A stretch of DNA of 64,000 nt. Origin: an uncultured Gammaproteobacteria bacterium. Its GTDB lineage: Bacteria; Pseudomonadota; Gammaproteobacteria; Tenderiales; Tenderiaceae. Position numbers and translations under genes: made by a program. Positions 9,036-19,692 of this stretch are shown here, piece by piece. Location: contig CBFCYE010000003.1 of assembly GCA_965602225.1 (NCBI GenBank), positions 68,661 through 132,660 on the forward strand. Direction: 5' to 3'. The notes under the pieces were generated by a model. The model worked only from the letters and a program-made list of their open reading frames with translations, made no database searches and was not told the DNA's origin. How positions within the stretch are numbered: position 1 is the stretch's first letter; each line of letters opens with the position of its first letter.

Positions 9036-11363
9036 TTATTTTTCGGTCAGTACCAAGACTTGTTTAGAAAAATGTGTCCAATATCGTGAATTTTCATCAC
9101 GATAACTTTTTGGTGCTGAAACTTCCTGCTTACCAAGCACCATTTCGATTGCCCCCTGCTGACCAGTCAACAGCACATTAACACCATTATCAAGATACCT
9201 ATCAACGACTTCTACACGCGGCAGACGAAAACGATTGGCATATCCTACCGGGAACAGGGCCCAGCGGGGCGAAACCGCTTCAACAAAAGCAGGGCTGGAT
9301 GAAGTCATGCTGCCATGATGTGGCACCACCAGAACATCGGCTACCAATGCAGCTTTATTTGCAACCAATAACAGCTGCTCTGCACGACGTTCGATATCCC
9401 CAGTCAGTAAAACAGAGCCTCCCTTACTGCTGACCTTGAGTACACACGAACCATTATTTTCATCAACACTAGAATCACTATCTGGATGAAGCATTTCAAA
9501 GGCTACACCATCCCAAAACCAGCGCTGCCCCCTCAGACAAGGCTGGGCATCGTAGCCAACCAATTTATCCATGGAACTGGTTAATAGATTCGCAACCGGC
9601 ATGTAGCGCATCAGGCTGTCCACGCCGCCAAGATGGTCATTATCACCATGACTAACGATCAGGGTATCTATGGTCTCTACGCCCTTGCCTAATAAAAAAG
9701 GTAACACCACCGCCTCACCCGTATCAAAACTGTCACTAAACTTTGGCCCACTATCAAACACCAGCACCCTATTCTGAGTTTGAACCACAGCCGCCAGACC
9801 TTGGCCGACATCAAGCAGACTGAAATAAGCCTCTCCATACTGAGGCCTGGGCATCGGCCAGAAAACGGCACAGGCCAGCCACACGACGCCCAGCCAACGC
9901 CCTGGCCAGCCGCGCGGCGCTAACAGCCAGACCACGCCAACACTGAGAGGAATAATCAACCATTCATCAGCCAGCCCCTGATAAAGCTGGGCACTGGGCA
10001 AACCGGCCAGCCAGGTCAACAGCAGCCATAACAACTGCAAACAATAATCAGCCAGCTGCAGCAAACCATTCGCTAATGGTGAGGCAATCGGCAGCAATAG
10101 CATCGCCAATAACACCAAGGGCACCACCAACAGACTCACTATGGGCACAGCAATAAAATTTGCCAGCGGTGAAATCAGGGAGGCCTTTTGAAACAGCAAC
10201 AATGTCAGCGGCAACAACGCTAAGCCAATCAACACATGCACCCTGCCCCATTTCCACCACAAGCCATTTTGATTTAAGCGCCCTGCCATACCCAGCAGAA
10301 TAATGGCCACTGCCGCAAACGACAGCCAAAAGCCAGCATCCATTACCGCCAGAGGATCAATAAATAAGACCAACAGCAAAGCCAATAGCAGACCATCAGC
10401 TGGACGACGATAACGCTGTAAAATTATCGCCAACATAAATACCACCACCATGATCAAGGCACGCTGGGTGGGTACAGAAAATCCCGCTAGCGCTGCATAG
10501 ATCAAGGCTGCCAGGATTGCAGCAACAGCCCCTACCTTTGCCGCAGGCAGGTAGAACAACAGCCAGGCCGAACGACCCCACAGCCAACGCAACAGAAAAA
10601 AGGCCAGGCCTGCCACCAGACCAACATGCAAGCCTGAAATAGCCATCAAATGATTGGTACCCGTCTTAAGCAGCACATTCCATTGCTGTTGCGAAATATC
10701 ATCACGCAAACCGATGGCAAGTGCTTGGATCATGCCTTTGAACTGACCTTGAACAAGCGCCAGATCAATCTGCTGCGCCAGGCGCGAACGTTGTCGGTCA
10801 ACCCAATAAGCGACGCCATCGACATCGGCAATATAACGATTGTCATCGCCATTACGGACATAGCCTGTCGCCCTGATTCCATGCCGAAACAACCAGCCCT
10901 CATAATCAAAGCCGCCTGGATTCATAAAGCCGTGCGGTTGTTTTAACCTGACCTTGAGTTGCCAGCGTTGCCCAACCGCTAATTCAACCTTGGAGCGATA
11001 CCAATTAAGGCGAATTTTTTCCGGCAAATCTAAAACAAATATTCCAGGACTAAGTGTGTTCTCAACAGTAAACTCAAAACGCTGTCCAAACTGCCGCTGC
11101 TGAGGTATCGAGTCAACAACCCCCTCAAGAAGAATATCTTGCCCCTCAAGTTCTGGCGCCAATGAAGTCCCCAGAATGGCACTGGCCTGCAATAAGGCGG
11201 CTAAAAAGCCATTAACTAGCCAAAGTGGAATTTTGAGTGGTGCAAAACGGAGGGATAATGGTAGGCTTATGAACAATAGGCCGGCCCAGCGAGCGTCCGG
11301 CAAATCGGACAATTGCTGAAAAATAATAATCCCGGCAAGAAATGCAATCGTTGCGATTCGCAT
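9036..11363 (-). CDS. comEC: DNA internalization-related competence protein ComEC/Rec2
   Basis: 775 aa with a polytopic competence domain plus a C-terminal metallo-beta-lactamase domain (LDVGQG...SHGDNDHLGG...PHHGS). Confidence 0.85.
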   Translation of the reverse strand: MRIATIAFLAGIIIFQQLSDLPDARWAGLLFISLPLSLRFAPLKIPLWLVNGFLAALLQASAILGTSLAPELEGQDILLEGVVDSIPQQRQFGQRFEFTVENTLSPGIFVLDLPEKIRLNWYRSKVELAVGQRWQLKVRLKQPHGFMNPGGFDYEGWLFRHGIRATGYVRNGDDNRYIADVDGVAYWVDRQRSRLAQQIDLALVQGQFKGMIQALAIGLRDDISQQQWNVLLKTGTNHLMAISGLHVGLVAGLAFFLLRWLWGRSAWLLFYLPAAKVGAVAAILAALIYAALAGFSVPTQRALIMVVVFMLAIILQRYRRPADGLLLALLLVLFIDPLAVMDAGFWLSFAAVAIILLGMAGRLNQNGLWWKWGRVHVLIGLALLPLTLLLFQKASLISPLANFIAVPIVSLLVVPLVLLAMLLLPIASPLANGLLQLADYCLQLLWLLLTWLAGLPSAQLYQGLADEWLIIPLSVGVVWLLAPRGWPGRWLGVVWLACAVFWPMPRPQYGEAYFSLLDVGQGLAAVVQTQNRVLVFDSGPKFSDSFDTGEAVVLPFLLGKGVETIDTLIVSHGDNDHLGGVDSLMRYMPVANLLTSSMDKLVGYDAQPCLRGQRWFWDGVAFEMLHPDSDSSVDENNGSCVLKVSSKGGSVLLTGDIERRAEQLLLVANKAALVADVLVVPHHGSMTSSSPAFVEAVSPRWALFPVGYANRFRLPRVEVVDRYLDNGVNVLLTGQQGAIEMVLGKQEVSAPKSYRDENSRYWTHFSKQVLVLTEK

Positions 11364-11444
11364 CTTTTATCATTCGTTTAGAAAACGTAACAGTGGATTT
11401 AAAACCATCCCCCCAGGTACATGGCAACAAAATAAAACATAATA

Positions 11445-11969
11445 ATGCCAAGAAAGCTAATAAAACGTTACCTGCCTGACCACCACAAAGTCAGGAACCA
11501 CAAACATCTCAAGTGTTTTGGCAGTTTATTGCACGACCCCAACATCTGGCACCTGAATCGACGTTCTGTTTCCGGCGCCTTCTTTTTTGGCCTGCTGTGC
11601 ACCTGGGTACCGGTGCCATTTCAGATGCTGATTGCCGCAGCGGTAGCAATTATGGTTCGCGTCAACCTACCTGTTTCTATTGGACTGGTATGGATTAGCA
11701 ATCCCATTACCATGCCACCGATGTTTTATTTCGCCTACAAAACTGGCGCCTGGATACTGAGTTCACCAGCCCATGAATTTAATTTTGAATTATCATTCGA
11801 ATGGTTAAAACATGAACTGGGCTATATCTGGGAACCCTTTCTACTGGGCTGTTTGGTGCTGGGCTTATTATCAGCAATTGGCGGTTATCTATTTATTCGC
11901 ATCATGTGGCGCTTTCATATTTTCCAATACATCAAGAAACGTCGCCAGAGAAAACAGCAGGCTTCCTAA
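11445..11969 (+). CDS. DUF2062 domain membrane protein
   Basis: 174 aa. The N-terminus [14 protein letters not shown]....[20 protein letters not shown] and following TM helices are typical of the DUF2062 gene found between comEC and lolD in pseudomonads, as recalled. Confidence 0.6.
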   Translation: MPRKLIKRYLPDHHKVRNHKHLKCFGSLLHDPNIWHLNRRSVSGAFFFGLLCTWVPVPFQMLIAAAVAIMVRVNLPVSIGLVWISNPITMPPMFYFAYKTGAWILSSPAHEFNFELSFEWLKHELGYIWEPFLLGCLVLGLLSAIGGYLFIRIMWRFHIFQYIKKRRQRKQQAS

Positions 11970-12646
11970 TCCGAAATCAGCACACCGTTTTCCAACTTTA
12001 AAACTCTATCCATCTTAGCGGCCAGCGACATATCGTGGGTCACAACCAGAAAACTGGTGTCCAGCTCCTGGTTCAGCTCCAGCATCAAACCATAGACATG
12101 ACTGGCAGAATTTTGATCCAGATTGCCGGTTGGCTCATCAGCCAACACACAGCGAGGATTGGTCACCAAGGCCCGGGCCACTGCAGAACGCTGCCGTTCA
12201 CCGCCAGACAATTCACTAGGTTTATGACCAACACGGTGTCCCAAGCCTACTTTTACCAACATCTCATTAGCAAAGTGGCTGGCCTGATCAGCACTCTCTC
12301 CCCTGATCAGCAATGGCATAGCAACATTTTCCAAGGCCGTAAATTCAGGCAATAGATGATGAAACTGATAGACAAAGCCCAAGGTTTTATTACGCACATC
12401 ACCACGCCGTTTTTCATTTAAGGCGGTAAAGTTTTCACCATTGATATAGACCTCGCCCTGACTCGGCACATCCAGCCCACCAAGCAAATGTAACAAGGTG
12501 CTTTTACCTGAACCCGAGGTGCCGACAATTGCCAGGCGCTCACCCTTTGCCACATCAAGATCAATTGCGGCAAGAACATCGACAGAAAGCCCAGCATCAA
12601 CAAAGCGTTTTGCCAAACCACGACAAGAGATAATCAAATCACTCAT
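11966..12646 (-). CDS. lolD: Lipoprotein-releasing system ATP-binding protein LolD
   Basis: Walker [10 protein letters not shown], signature LSGGERQR, Walker [11 protein letters not shown]. The track ORF was trimmed to the ATG at 12646 ([11 protein letters not shown]), which overlaps the lolC/E stop by 8 nt (ATGAGTGA). Confidence 0.9.
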   Translation of the reverse strand: MSDLIISCRGLAKRFVDAGLSVDVLAAIDLDVAKGERLAIVGTSGSGKSTLLHLLGGLDVPSQGEVYINGENFTALNEKRRGDVRNKTLGFVYQFHHLLPEFTALENVAMPLLIRGESADQASHFANEMLVKVGLGHRVGHKPSELSGGERQRSAVARALVTNPRCVLADEPTGNLDQNSASHVYGLMLELNQELDTSFLVVTHDMSLAAKMDRVLKLENGVLISD

Positions 12647-13886
12647 AGCGCAAGGCCTCTGCTGGTTGAGTTCGGGATGCATACCAGGCGGGATATAACG
12701 TTGCCAACAAGCTAATCGAAAAGGCAATCAGGCTGATCGCGGCAACATCTGAAAACAACATTTCAGAGGGCAGATCACTAATGTAGTAGACATCTGGTGA
12801 CAGAAACTTACGTCCCAGTAGTTGTTCAATAAGCGGCACAATCTTCTCAACATTCGAAGCTAGTGTGACTCCACCAACCAAGCCCAGCAAGGTGCCGAAG
12901 GCACCAATCACGACCCCCTGAACCATGAAGATGCGCATGATACAACCAGGACTAGCACCCAAGGTACGGAGAATAGCAATATCAGCCCTTTTGTCTGTTA
13001 CTACCATCACTAGGGTAGAGACAATATTAAATGCTGCCACCATCACAATCAGCGTCAGGATAATAAACATCACCATCTTCTCTGTCTTTACCGCACGAAA
13101 GAAATTGACGTGCTGGCGGGTCCAGTCAGTAATCACATAACCACGCGGCAAATCCTGAACCATCTGCTGAGTCAGGTAAGGTGCGTCAAACATGTCAGTC
13201 AGTTTCAGCCGTAGACCAGAAACCTGGCCCGGCTTAAGAAATAATTTGGCGGCATCATCAAGGTGTACCAATGCAAGGGCACTATCATATTCATGCATGC
13301 CAGCCTCAAACACTCCAACGACGGTAAAACGCTTCAGACGCGGCATAATCCCAACCGGGGTAACACTTGCCTGTGGTGTCACCAGCGTGACTTTTTCACC
13401 TACCATCACTCCAAGCCGTCGAGCCAGTTCCTGGCCAAGGATGATATTAAATCCGCCAGATGTGAGATCAGTCAATTCACCAATCTTCATCTGCTGATCC
13501 AGGCTTGAAACCTGTGGTTCGAACTCAGGCGAGACACCACGAATCAGGGCACCACTAACACCTTCACCCGCCGTCAACATACCTTCGGCACGGATGAATG
13601 GCGCCTGACCAATAATCTGAGGATAAGGTTCCAGCAATGACGGCAGTGTCTGCCAGTTGTCCATGCCATTGGCAGCACTACTAACCACCATATGAGAAGC
13701 AACCCCGAGGATGCGGGTGCGCAGCTCTTTCTCAAAACCATTCATCACCGACAGCACAGTAATCAGAGCTGTTACACCCAGGGCAATCCCGGCAATCGAA
13801 ATAAAAGAGATAAACGAAATAAAGTGATTACGACGCTTGGCGCGGGTATATCTCAGGCCAACAAAAATTTCTAAGGGTTTAAACAT
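12639..13886 (-). CDS. Lipoprotein-releasing system permease LolC/LolE
   Basis: 415 aa. N-terminus [20 protein letters not shown], MacB-like periplasmic domain and C-terminal FtsX domain. Translationally coupled to lolD. Confidence 0.85.
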   Translation of the reverse strand: MFKPLEIFVGLRYTRAKRRNHFISFISFISIAGIALGVTALITVLSVMNGFEKELRTRILGVASHMVVSSAANGMDNWQTLPSLLEPYPQIIGQAPFIRAEGMLTAGEGVSGALIRGVSPEFEPQVSSLDQQMKIGELTDLTSGGFNIILGQELARRLGVMVGEKVTLVTPQASVTPVGIMPRLKRFTVVGVFEAGMHEYDSALALVHLDDAAKLFLKPGQVSGLRLKLTDMFDAPYLTQQMVQDLPRGYVITDWTRQHVNFFRAVKTEKMVMFIILTLIVMVAAFNIVSTLVMVVTDKRADIAILRTLGASPGCIMRIFMVQGVVIGAFGTLLGLVGGVTLASNVEKIVPLIEQLLGRKFLSPDVYYISDLPSEMLFSDVAAISLIAFSISLLATLYPAWYASRTQPAEALRYE

Positions 13887-13899
13887 ATTTATAGAATAG

Positions 13900-14559
13900 T
13901 TACTCAGCTGTCGGACATTGTGACCTTAAACAGCAATCACCACAACGGGGCTTTTTACGGCAGACATCCTTGGCATGCAAAACAATCAAACCATGATATT
14001 CGTTAAAAACATTCACTAATTCATCACGCAGCTTAATTTTATTGCTTAATTGCGATTCGAATTGATGGCGTAGATTTTCATAACCCTCGTCACCAGTTAT
14101 CAGACCCAAACGTGAAAAAATACGCCGGGTATAGGCATCGATTACAAAGACGGGACGATTAAACGCATACAAAACAATGTCGTCTGCAGTTTCAGGGCCG
14201 ACACCGTTGACGGACAGCAAGCCGTTGCGCAGTTCAACATCATCGAAATCGTTCAGTGGTTTTTCACCACCCTGCTTCAGAAACCAACTGCAAAAATTTT
14301 GCAGTCGCTTGGCCTTGACGTTGAAATAACCTGCCGGTCGAATCAATTGCCCCAGATCAGCAGCAGGCATCGCAGAAATTTTTACCGCCGTGAGGGACTT
14401 GGCCTGCTTTAGGTTGAGAATTGCCTTTTCAACGTTGGTCCAGGCAGTATTTTGGGTCAGTACCGCACCAACCATGACTTCAAATGGTGTTTCGCCAGGC
14501 CACCAGTGTTGTGGCCCATAATGCTTAAAAAGGCTTTTATAAACCGACAGAAACGTCAT
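13900..14559 (-). CDS. Endonuclease III-domain (HhH-GPD) protein with Fe-S cluster loop
   Basis: HhH motif LLSVNGVGPETADDIVLYAF and a C-terminal Cys cluster CRKKPRCGDCCLRSQC. 4-nt overlap with the rluB stop. Confidence 0.7.
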   Translation of the reverse strand: MTFLSVYKSLFKHYGPQHWWPGETPFEVMVGAVLTQNTAWTNVEKAILNLKQAKSLTAVKISAMPAADLGQLIRPAGYFNVKAKRLQNFCSWFLKQGGEKPLNDFDDVELRNGLLSVNGVGPETADDIVLYAFNRPVFVIDAYTRRIFSRLGLITGDEGYENLRHQFESQLSNKIKLRDELVNVFNEYHGLIVLHAKDVCRKKPRCGDCCLRSQCPTAE

Positions 14560-15401
14560 TTACGTTTTTTATAGGGAGACGCCTTAGCCGCTTGTGGCTT
14601 TCTTGAGGAGGTACCAAATTTAATCTGTTTAGCCCGTTTCTTTTCTTCAGCCGAATCATCAACCGGAGGTAAACCAACAACATTGCGTAGTGCATTGATA
14701 TCGGCACGCATTAGCTCATCCCATTCGCCTGATCTAATACCGCGTTTGAGTGAAATTGGCCCATAGCGAACACGCTGCAAGCGGCTTACCCTAACCTCCT
14801 GAGATTCCCACAGACGCCGCACCTCACGGTTACGCCCCTCATTCAAGGTAACGTGATACCAATGATTGGCACCCTCACCGCCGGCATCACTAATGCTATT
14901 GAAGCTGGCCTTGCCATCTTCAAGCTCGACACCTTTACGCAACGCCCTTTTCATCGACTCAGTCACTTCACCCAGTACTCGAACTGCATATTCGCGTTCA
15001 ACCTCTGAAGAAGGATGCATCAGCCGGTTAGCCAAATCACCATCCGTAGTGAGCAGGATCAAACCGCTGGTATTGATATCCAGTCGACCTACCGCAATCC
15101 AGCGACCACTCTGCATACGCGGCAGATTATCAAAAATAGTAGGACGACCTTCAGGATCTGAGCGGCTACAGATCTGCCCTTCAGGTTTGTAATAGGCCAA
15201 CACACGATGTTTACTGTCAGGCCGGTGATGCAGCTTTATCACCTTGCCATCAAGGCGAACCGTGTCGGTTATCTCAGCCTTATCACCAAGCTTTACAATA
15301 TCACCATTGACGCTGACACGTTTGGCCTCAATCATGCGCTCCGCTTCACGCCTTGAAGCGATGCCAGCAGAGGCAAGTAATTTTTGAATACGTTCAGCCA
15401 C
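14556..15401 (-). CDS. rluB: 23S rRNA pseudouridine synthase B (RsuA family)
   Basis: S4 domain (RIQKLLASAGIASRREAE.MI), catalytic GRLDINTSGLILLT and a basic C-terminal tail. Downstream of scpB. Confidence 0.85.
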   Translation of the reverse strand: MAERIQKLLASAGIASRREAERMIEAKRVSVNGDIVKLGDKAEITDTVRLDGKVIKLHHRPDSKHRVLAYYKPEGQICSRSDPEGRPTIFDNLPRMQSGRWIAVGRLDINTSGLILLTTDGDLANRLMHPSSEVEREYAVRVLGEVTESMKRALRKGVELEDGKASFNSISDAGGEGANHWYHVTLNEGRNREVRRLWESQEVRVSRLQRVRYGPISLKRGIRSGEWDELMRADINALRNVVGLPPVDDSAEEKKRAKQIKFGTSSRKPQAAKASPYKKRK

Positions 15402-15403
15402 AA

Positions 15404-16231
15404 TTAAAATACCGTTTCAGTTTTGGATTCAGCCGCAGAATCTGCAACTGTTACTTCTTCATTAGATGTGGCATCAGGCTCAGCAGCTTGGTCTTCTTCA
15501 ATCGAAGACTCATCATTTTCAAGCGTTGACGATTCAACATCATCAACATCGGCCGAAGCTAATTCTTCATAGACTTCAGCAGCATCGGCAATAACAACAG
15601 GCTGTACCTCGCCCTGCTCAAGCTCTGTTGACTCACTCTCCTGTTCTGCATCTTGTGCTTGAGGTTGGTCACCAAAATCCAGTTCATGTTCAATACTTTC
15701 AATATTGCGCAGCTCCGCCAATGGCGGTAAATCACTCAGACTCTTGATGCCAAAGTAATCCAGGAATGCCTTGGTGGTACCGTACAAGGCAGGTCGGCCA
15801 GGCACATCACGATGACCAATAACTCGCACCCATTCACGTTCAAGCATGGATTTAACAATGTGTGAACTGACGCTGACGCCGCGAACATCTTCAATTTCGC
15901 TACGGGTAATCGGTTGGCGATAGGCTATCAAGGCCAGGGTTTCCAGTGTTGCACGCGAATACTTAGAGGCCTTTTCTTCCCACAGACGTGCAACCCACTC
16001 AGCCAGATCTGCCTTAACCTGGTAGCGAAAACCAGTGCTGACTTCTTTCAGCTCAACACCACGGCTGAGACAATCATCTTGCAGGCTTTTGACTGCTTCA
16101 CGGATTTCATCACGGCTAGGTTGGTCTTCATCAAGGAACAGACCGAGAATACTGTCGACACTAAGCGGCCGCCCGGCTGCCAGTAATGCACCTTCAATGA
16201 TCTGTTTTAATTTATCAGGATTCGTGGACAT
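15404..16231 (-). CDS. scpB: Segregation and condensation protein B
   Basis: N-terminus IIEGALLAAGRPLSV, then the winged-helix region ALETLALIAYRQPITRSEIE.VRGV, and an acidic tail. Follows scpA with an overlap. Confidence 0.85.
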   Translation of the reverse strand: MSTNPDKLKQIIEGALLAAGRPLSVDSILGLFLDEDQPSRDEIREAVKSLQDDCLSRGVELKEVSTGFRYQVKADLAEWVARLWEEKASKYSRATLETLALIAYRQPITRSEIEDVRGVSVSSHIVKSMLEREWVRVIGHRDVPGRPALYGTTKAFLDYFGIKSLSDLPPLAELRNIESIEHELDFGDQPQAQDAEQESESTELEQGEVQPVVIADAAEVYEELASADVDDVESSTLENDESSIEEDQAAEPDATSNEEVTVADSAAESKTETVF

Positions 16232-17078
16232 TCTGATGTGCCTTTACGTAAATAGGTCCAAATGTTTCAGTTTGTATAATTTCGATCAAGCTTTCCTTGA
16301 TCAATTCAAGCACGGCCAGCAGAGTGACAACCACTCCCATACGACCTTCCTCAACGGTGAATAACTGTGTGAATTCAGTAAAGGAGTCGGCATTGATCTT
16401 TTCAAGCACGCCCGTCATTCGCTCACGTACAGACAAGGTCTCGCGATGAATCTGATGCGAGGCAAACATGTCAGCGCGACGCAAGACATCCTGAAACGCC
16501 AACAACACCTCTTTTAGTTCAACATCAGGAACCGGTTTTACCGTACGCAGATCAGGAGCCTTGGCACTGGTTTCAAATACATCACGACCCAGTCTGGGCA
16601 TCTCATCAATATCCTCAGCAGCCTTTTTATAACGTTCATATTCCTGCAGCCTACGTACCAATTCAGCCCGCGGATCTTCCTCATCGTCTGACAATGATTC
16701 AGGCCGCGGCAGCAACATGCGCGATTTGATCTCGCATAACATAGCCGCCATCACCAGGTAATCAGCCGCCAACTCAAAGCGCATCTCCTGCATCATGTCG
16801 ATGTAGACAACGTATTGGCGGGTAATCTCGGCAATCGGGATATCGAGCACATCCAGGTTTTGACGCCGGATCAAATAAAGCAGCAAATCAAGCGGGCCTT
16901 CAAATGCCTCGAGAAATACCTCCAGCGCATCAGGTGGTATATAGAGATCCACAGGAAGCTGGTTTAAGGCCTCGCCCTGGACAACAGCAAAGGGAATCTC
17001 TTGCTGCTGAGCCACGTCAAGACCATGAGGCAACTCCACCTGCTCCGGCACCACCGCTGGTTCACTAGTACCTGTCAT
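16215..17078 (-). CDS. scpA: Segregation and condensation protein A (kleisin)
   Basis: Motif FEGPLDLLLYLIRRQNLDVLDIPIAEIT. 287 aa, in the operon scpA-scpB-rluB. Confidence 0.85.
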   Translation of the reverse strand: MTGTSEPAVVPEQVELPHGLDVAQQQEIPFAVVQGEALNQLPVDLYIPPDALEVFLEAFEGPLDLLLYLIRRQNLDVLDIPIAEITRQYVVYIDMMQEMRFELAADYLVMAAMLCEIKSRMLLPRPESLSDDEEDPRAELVRRLQEYERYKKAAEDIDEMPRLGRDVFETSAKAPDLRTVKPVPDVELKEVLLAFQDVLRRADMFASHQIHRETLSVRERMTGVLEKINADSFTEFTQLFTVEEGRMGVVVTLLAVLELIKESLIEIIQTETFGPIYVKAHQNVHES

Positions 17079-17081
17079 TAC

Positions 17082-18299
17082 CTAGCGATACTCCAGGCCC
17101 ATCGCTTGACGGACCTCCTCCAAAGTCTTGCGTGCCTCGTCCCGGGCGCATTCTCGTCCCTCATTGACGATACTGCGCACCAAGTTAATGTCCTGACTGT
17201 ATTCTTCGGCTCGCTCACGCATAGGCGTCTGTTCTTTGATCACCTCATCGATGATTGGCTGTTTGCAATCGATACAACCAATACCCGCCGTACGACAACC
17301 TTCTTGAGCCCAAGCTTTTACTTCTTCTTTCGAGTAGACCTCATGCAGCTGCCAGACAGGACATTTCTGCGGATCGCCAGGGTCGGTCTTGCGAACCCGG
17401 GCAGGATCGGTTGGCATGGTGCGGAGTTTCTTTTCCACATCGGCAGGCGCTTCACGTAGACCGATGGTGTTGCCATAGGATTTAGACATCTTCTGTCCAT
17501 CCAGGCCTGGCATCTTCGAGGCCTTGGTCAACAACGGCTGTGGTTCAGGCAGGATGATTCTGCCGCCACCCTCAAGAAAGCCAAATAGTCTTTCGCGGTC
17601 GCTAAGGGTAATGTTTTGCTGTGATTCCAGCAGAGACCGGGCTGTCTTCAGCGCCTCATCATCGCCCTGCTCCTGATACTTGCGGCGTAACTCACAGTAA
17701 AGTTTGGCGTTCTTCTTGCCCATTTTCTTCACCGCGGCTTCGGCCTTTTCTTCAAAGCCAGGCTCACGGCCATAAAGATGATTAAAACGACGTGCTATTT
17801 CACGAGTCAGCTCGATGTGAACCACCTGATCCTCGCCCACCGGCACCAGGCCTGCTTTGTAAGTCAGAATGTCCGCGCTTTGCAGCAAGGGATAACCGAG
17901 AAAACCATAAGTGGCCAGGTCTTTCTCTTTCAGTTTTTCCTGCTGATCTTTGTAGGTAGGCACACGCTCCAGCCAGCCCAGCGGCGTTATCATGCTCAAC
18001 AACAAGTGCAACTCTGCATGTTCAGGCACCTGAGACTGAATAAAAATTTTGGCAGAACCAGGGTTAACGCCCGCTGCCAACCAGTCGATCACCATATCCC
18101 AAACACTGTTGGCGATGATGCCGGTATTGTCATACTCAGTAGTCAGGGCATGCCAATCAGCAACAAAGAAAAAACATTCGTATTCATGCTGTAGCTGTAC
18201 CCAGTTTTTCAAGACGCCGTGATAATGGCCAAGGTGAAGCTTTCCGGTCGGACGCATCCCCGACAGGACGCGCTGGTGTTGACTTGGAACCGTGTTCAA
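17082..18299 (-). CDS. trpS: Tryptophan--tRNA ligase (long form with internal insertion)
   Basis: HIGH-type motif GKLHLGHYHG and the KMSKS motif (QKMSKS). 405 aa, comparable to the long pseudomonad-type TrpRS. Confidence 0.9.
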   Translation of the reverse strand: MNTVPSQHQRVLSGMRPTGKLHLGHYHGVLKNWVQLQHEYECFFFVADWHALTTEYDNTGIIANSVWDMVIDWLAAGVNPGSAKIFIQSQVPEHAELHLLLSMITPLGWLERVPTYKDQQEKLKEKDLATYGFLGYPLLQSADILTYKAGLVPVGEDQVVHIELTREIARRFNHLYGREPGFEEKAEAAVKKMGKKNAKLYCELRRKYQEQGDDEALKTARSLLESQQNITLSDRERLFGFLEGGGRIILPEPQPLLTKASKMPGLDGQKMSKSYGNTIGLREAPADVEKKLRTMPTDPARVRKTDPGDPQKCPVWQLHEVYSKEEVKAWAQEGCRTAGIGCIDCKQPIIDEVIKEQTPMRERAEEYSQDINLVRSIVNEGRECARDEARKTLEEVRQAMGLEYR

Positions 18300-18319
18300 T
18301 TAGTCTCTTCCTTCATTAC

Positions 18320-18973
18320 TTATAGGGACAGCACACTATACAGTAGGTGCAGCACTCCCTGCACTACCGGACTGAGGATATCCCCCAAAATTCCAGTGGC
18401 CAGCAGGCCAATCAAGATGAAAAAACCATATGGCTCGAGACGTGAGAATTTATACGCCAGTGGACCGGGCAAAATACCAGTCATAACACGACCACCATCC
18501 AGTGGTGGTAAAGGCAATAAATTCAACACCATAAGAATGACATTTATCAAAATACCTGCGCTGCCCATGTAGATCATTGGCTGGCCGGCAAAGGGGATAT
18601 CTACCGCGATTAGATAACCAATCTTGGCAACAACGGCCCAACCGATGGCCATTAACAGATTAGCCCCCGGCCCCGCCAAGGCCACCAAGGCCATATCACG
18701 CTTGGGATTGCGCAGATTCTGCCAGGTCACCGGCACGGGCTTGGCCCAACCAAAGATGAAACCACCCAGCACCAGCAGCACCAGCGGCACAACGACCGTA
18801 CCGACAAGGTCGATATGTTTGAGTGGATTGAGGGTCAGGCGCCCCAGCATAAAGGCGGTTGGATCACCCAGACGGCGCGCAACCCAGCCATGGGCGACTT
18901 CATGCACGGTAATGGCAAACAGTACCGGCAGCGACCACACGGCGATCTTTTGAATTAGGCTTAATTCCATCAT
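18320..18973 (-). CDS. Site-2 protease family (M50) membrane metalloprotease
   Basis: HExxH in the first TM region (VHEVAHGWVAR), multiple TM helices and the LPLPPLDGG motif. Confidence 0.75.
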   Translation of the reverse strand: MMELSLIQKIAVWSLPVLFAITVHEVAHGWVARRLGDPTAFMLGRLTLNPLKHIDLVGTVVVPLVLLVLGGFIFGWAKPVPVTWQNLRNPKRDMALVALAGPGANLLMAIGWAVVAKIGYLIAVDIPFAGQPMIYMGSAGILINVILMVLNLLPLPPLDGGRVMTGILPGPLAYKFSRLEPYGFFILIGLLATGILGDILSPVVQGVLHLLYSVLSL

Positions 18974-19059
18974 TGGGAGATTATAACTTTTTAAAAAGAT
19001 GAGGGGTTGATAACATTAAATACAATAAGTTATAAGCATCTCATGACAAATCACAAGAG

Positions 19060-19680
19060 CTATAAAACCAACTCATCAGCGCCTTTACCACGCCTAACCA
19101 ACTCGGGCCCCTCTGCCAGAATCTCAATCACACTGGTTGGCTCCATGCCACAGTAACCACCATCAATCACCAAATCCACCTGATTACCAATACTGTCCTT
19201 CATATCGTAGGGATCGATCATCGGGTAGTCCTCACCCGGCAACAGCAGGGTTGAGCTGAGAATGGGCTCTCCCAGCTCTTCCAGCAAGGCTAAAGCAACC
19301 GCATTGTCAGGCACACGCACACCAATGGTTTTACGCTTGGGATGCAATAGACGTTTGGGCACACTCTTCATCGCCGGCAGAATAAATGTGTAAGGCCCGG
19401 GGGTAATACTTTTGATCAGTCGATAGGCAATATTGTCGATCACGCCGTATTCGGACATCTCGCCCATGTCTCGACACATCAGGGTGAAGTTGTGTTTATC
19501 ATCCAGTTGTCGAATCTGCCGAATACGCTCAACCGCTTTCTTGTCACCAATCTGGCAACCCAGGGCATAACAGGAATCAGTGGGGTAAATCACCACCCCA
19601 CCTTGTTTGATAATATCTGCCGCACTACGGATCAGACGTAGCTGCGGGTTTTCTGGATGGATCTGAAAAAACTGACTCAT
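19060..19680 (-). CDS. yciO: YciO (Sua5/YrdC/TsaC-family) protein
   Basis: Collinear with E. coli YciO as recalled: MSQFF.IHP.NPQ.RLI..A..I...GGV..YPTDS.YALGC.I.DK.A.ERI..IRQL.D.HNFTLMCRD. 206 aa, next to trpH. Confidence 0.9.
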   Translation of the reverse strand: MSQFFQIHPENPQLRLIRSAADIIKQGGVVIYPTDSCYALGCQIGDKKAVERIRQIRQLDDKHNFTLMCRDMGEMSEYGVIDNIAYRLIKSITPGPYTFILPAMKSVPKRLLHPKRKTIGVRVPDNAVALALLEELGEPILSSTLLLPGEDYPMIDPYDMKDSIGNQVDLVIDGGYCGMEPTSVIEILAEGPELVRRGKGADELVL

Positions 19681-19692
19681 GAATCGTTCCTA

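Noticed and set aside
11966-12727. N-terminally extended ORFs in the track for lolD, the FGGY kinase (31142), CbbY-like HAD (37524), trpH (20562), RidA (60771), acs (38827), ppk2 (59148), the lipoprotein (57997) and dksA (37582).
   Set aside because: The extensions overlap upstream genes or lack an SD. Internal starts align with family N-termini and/or follow clear SD sequences, so those starts were used instead.
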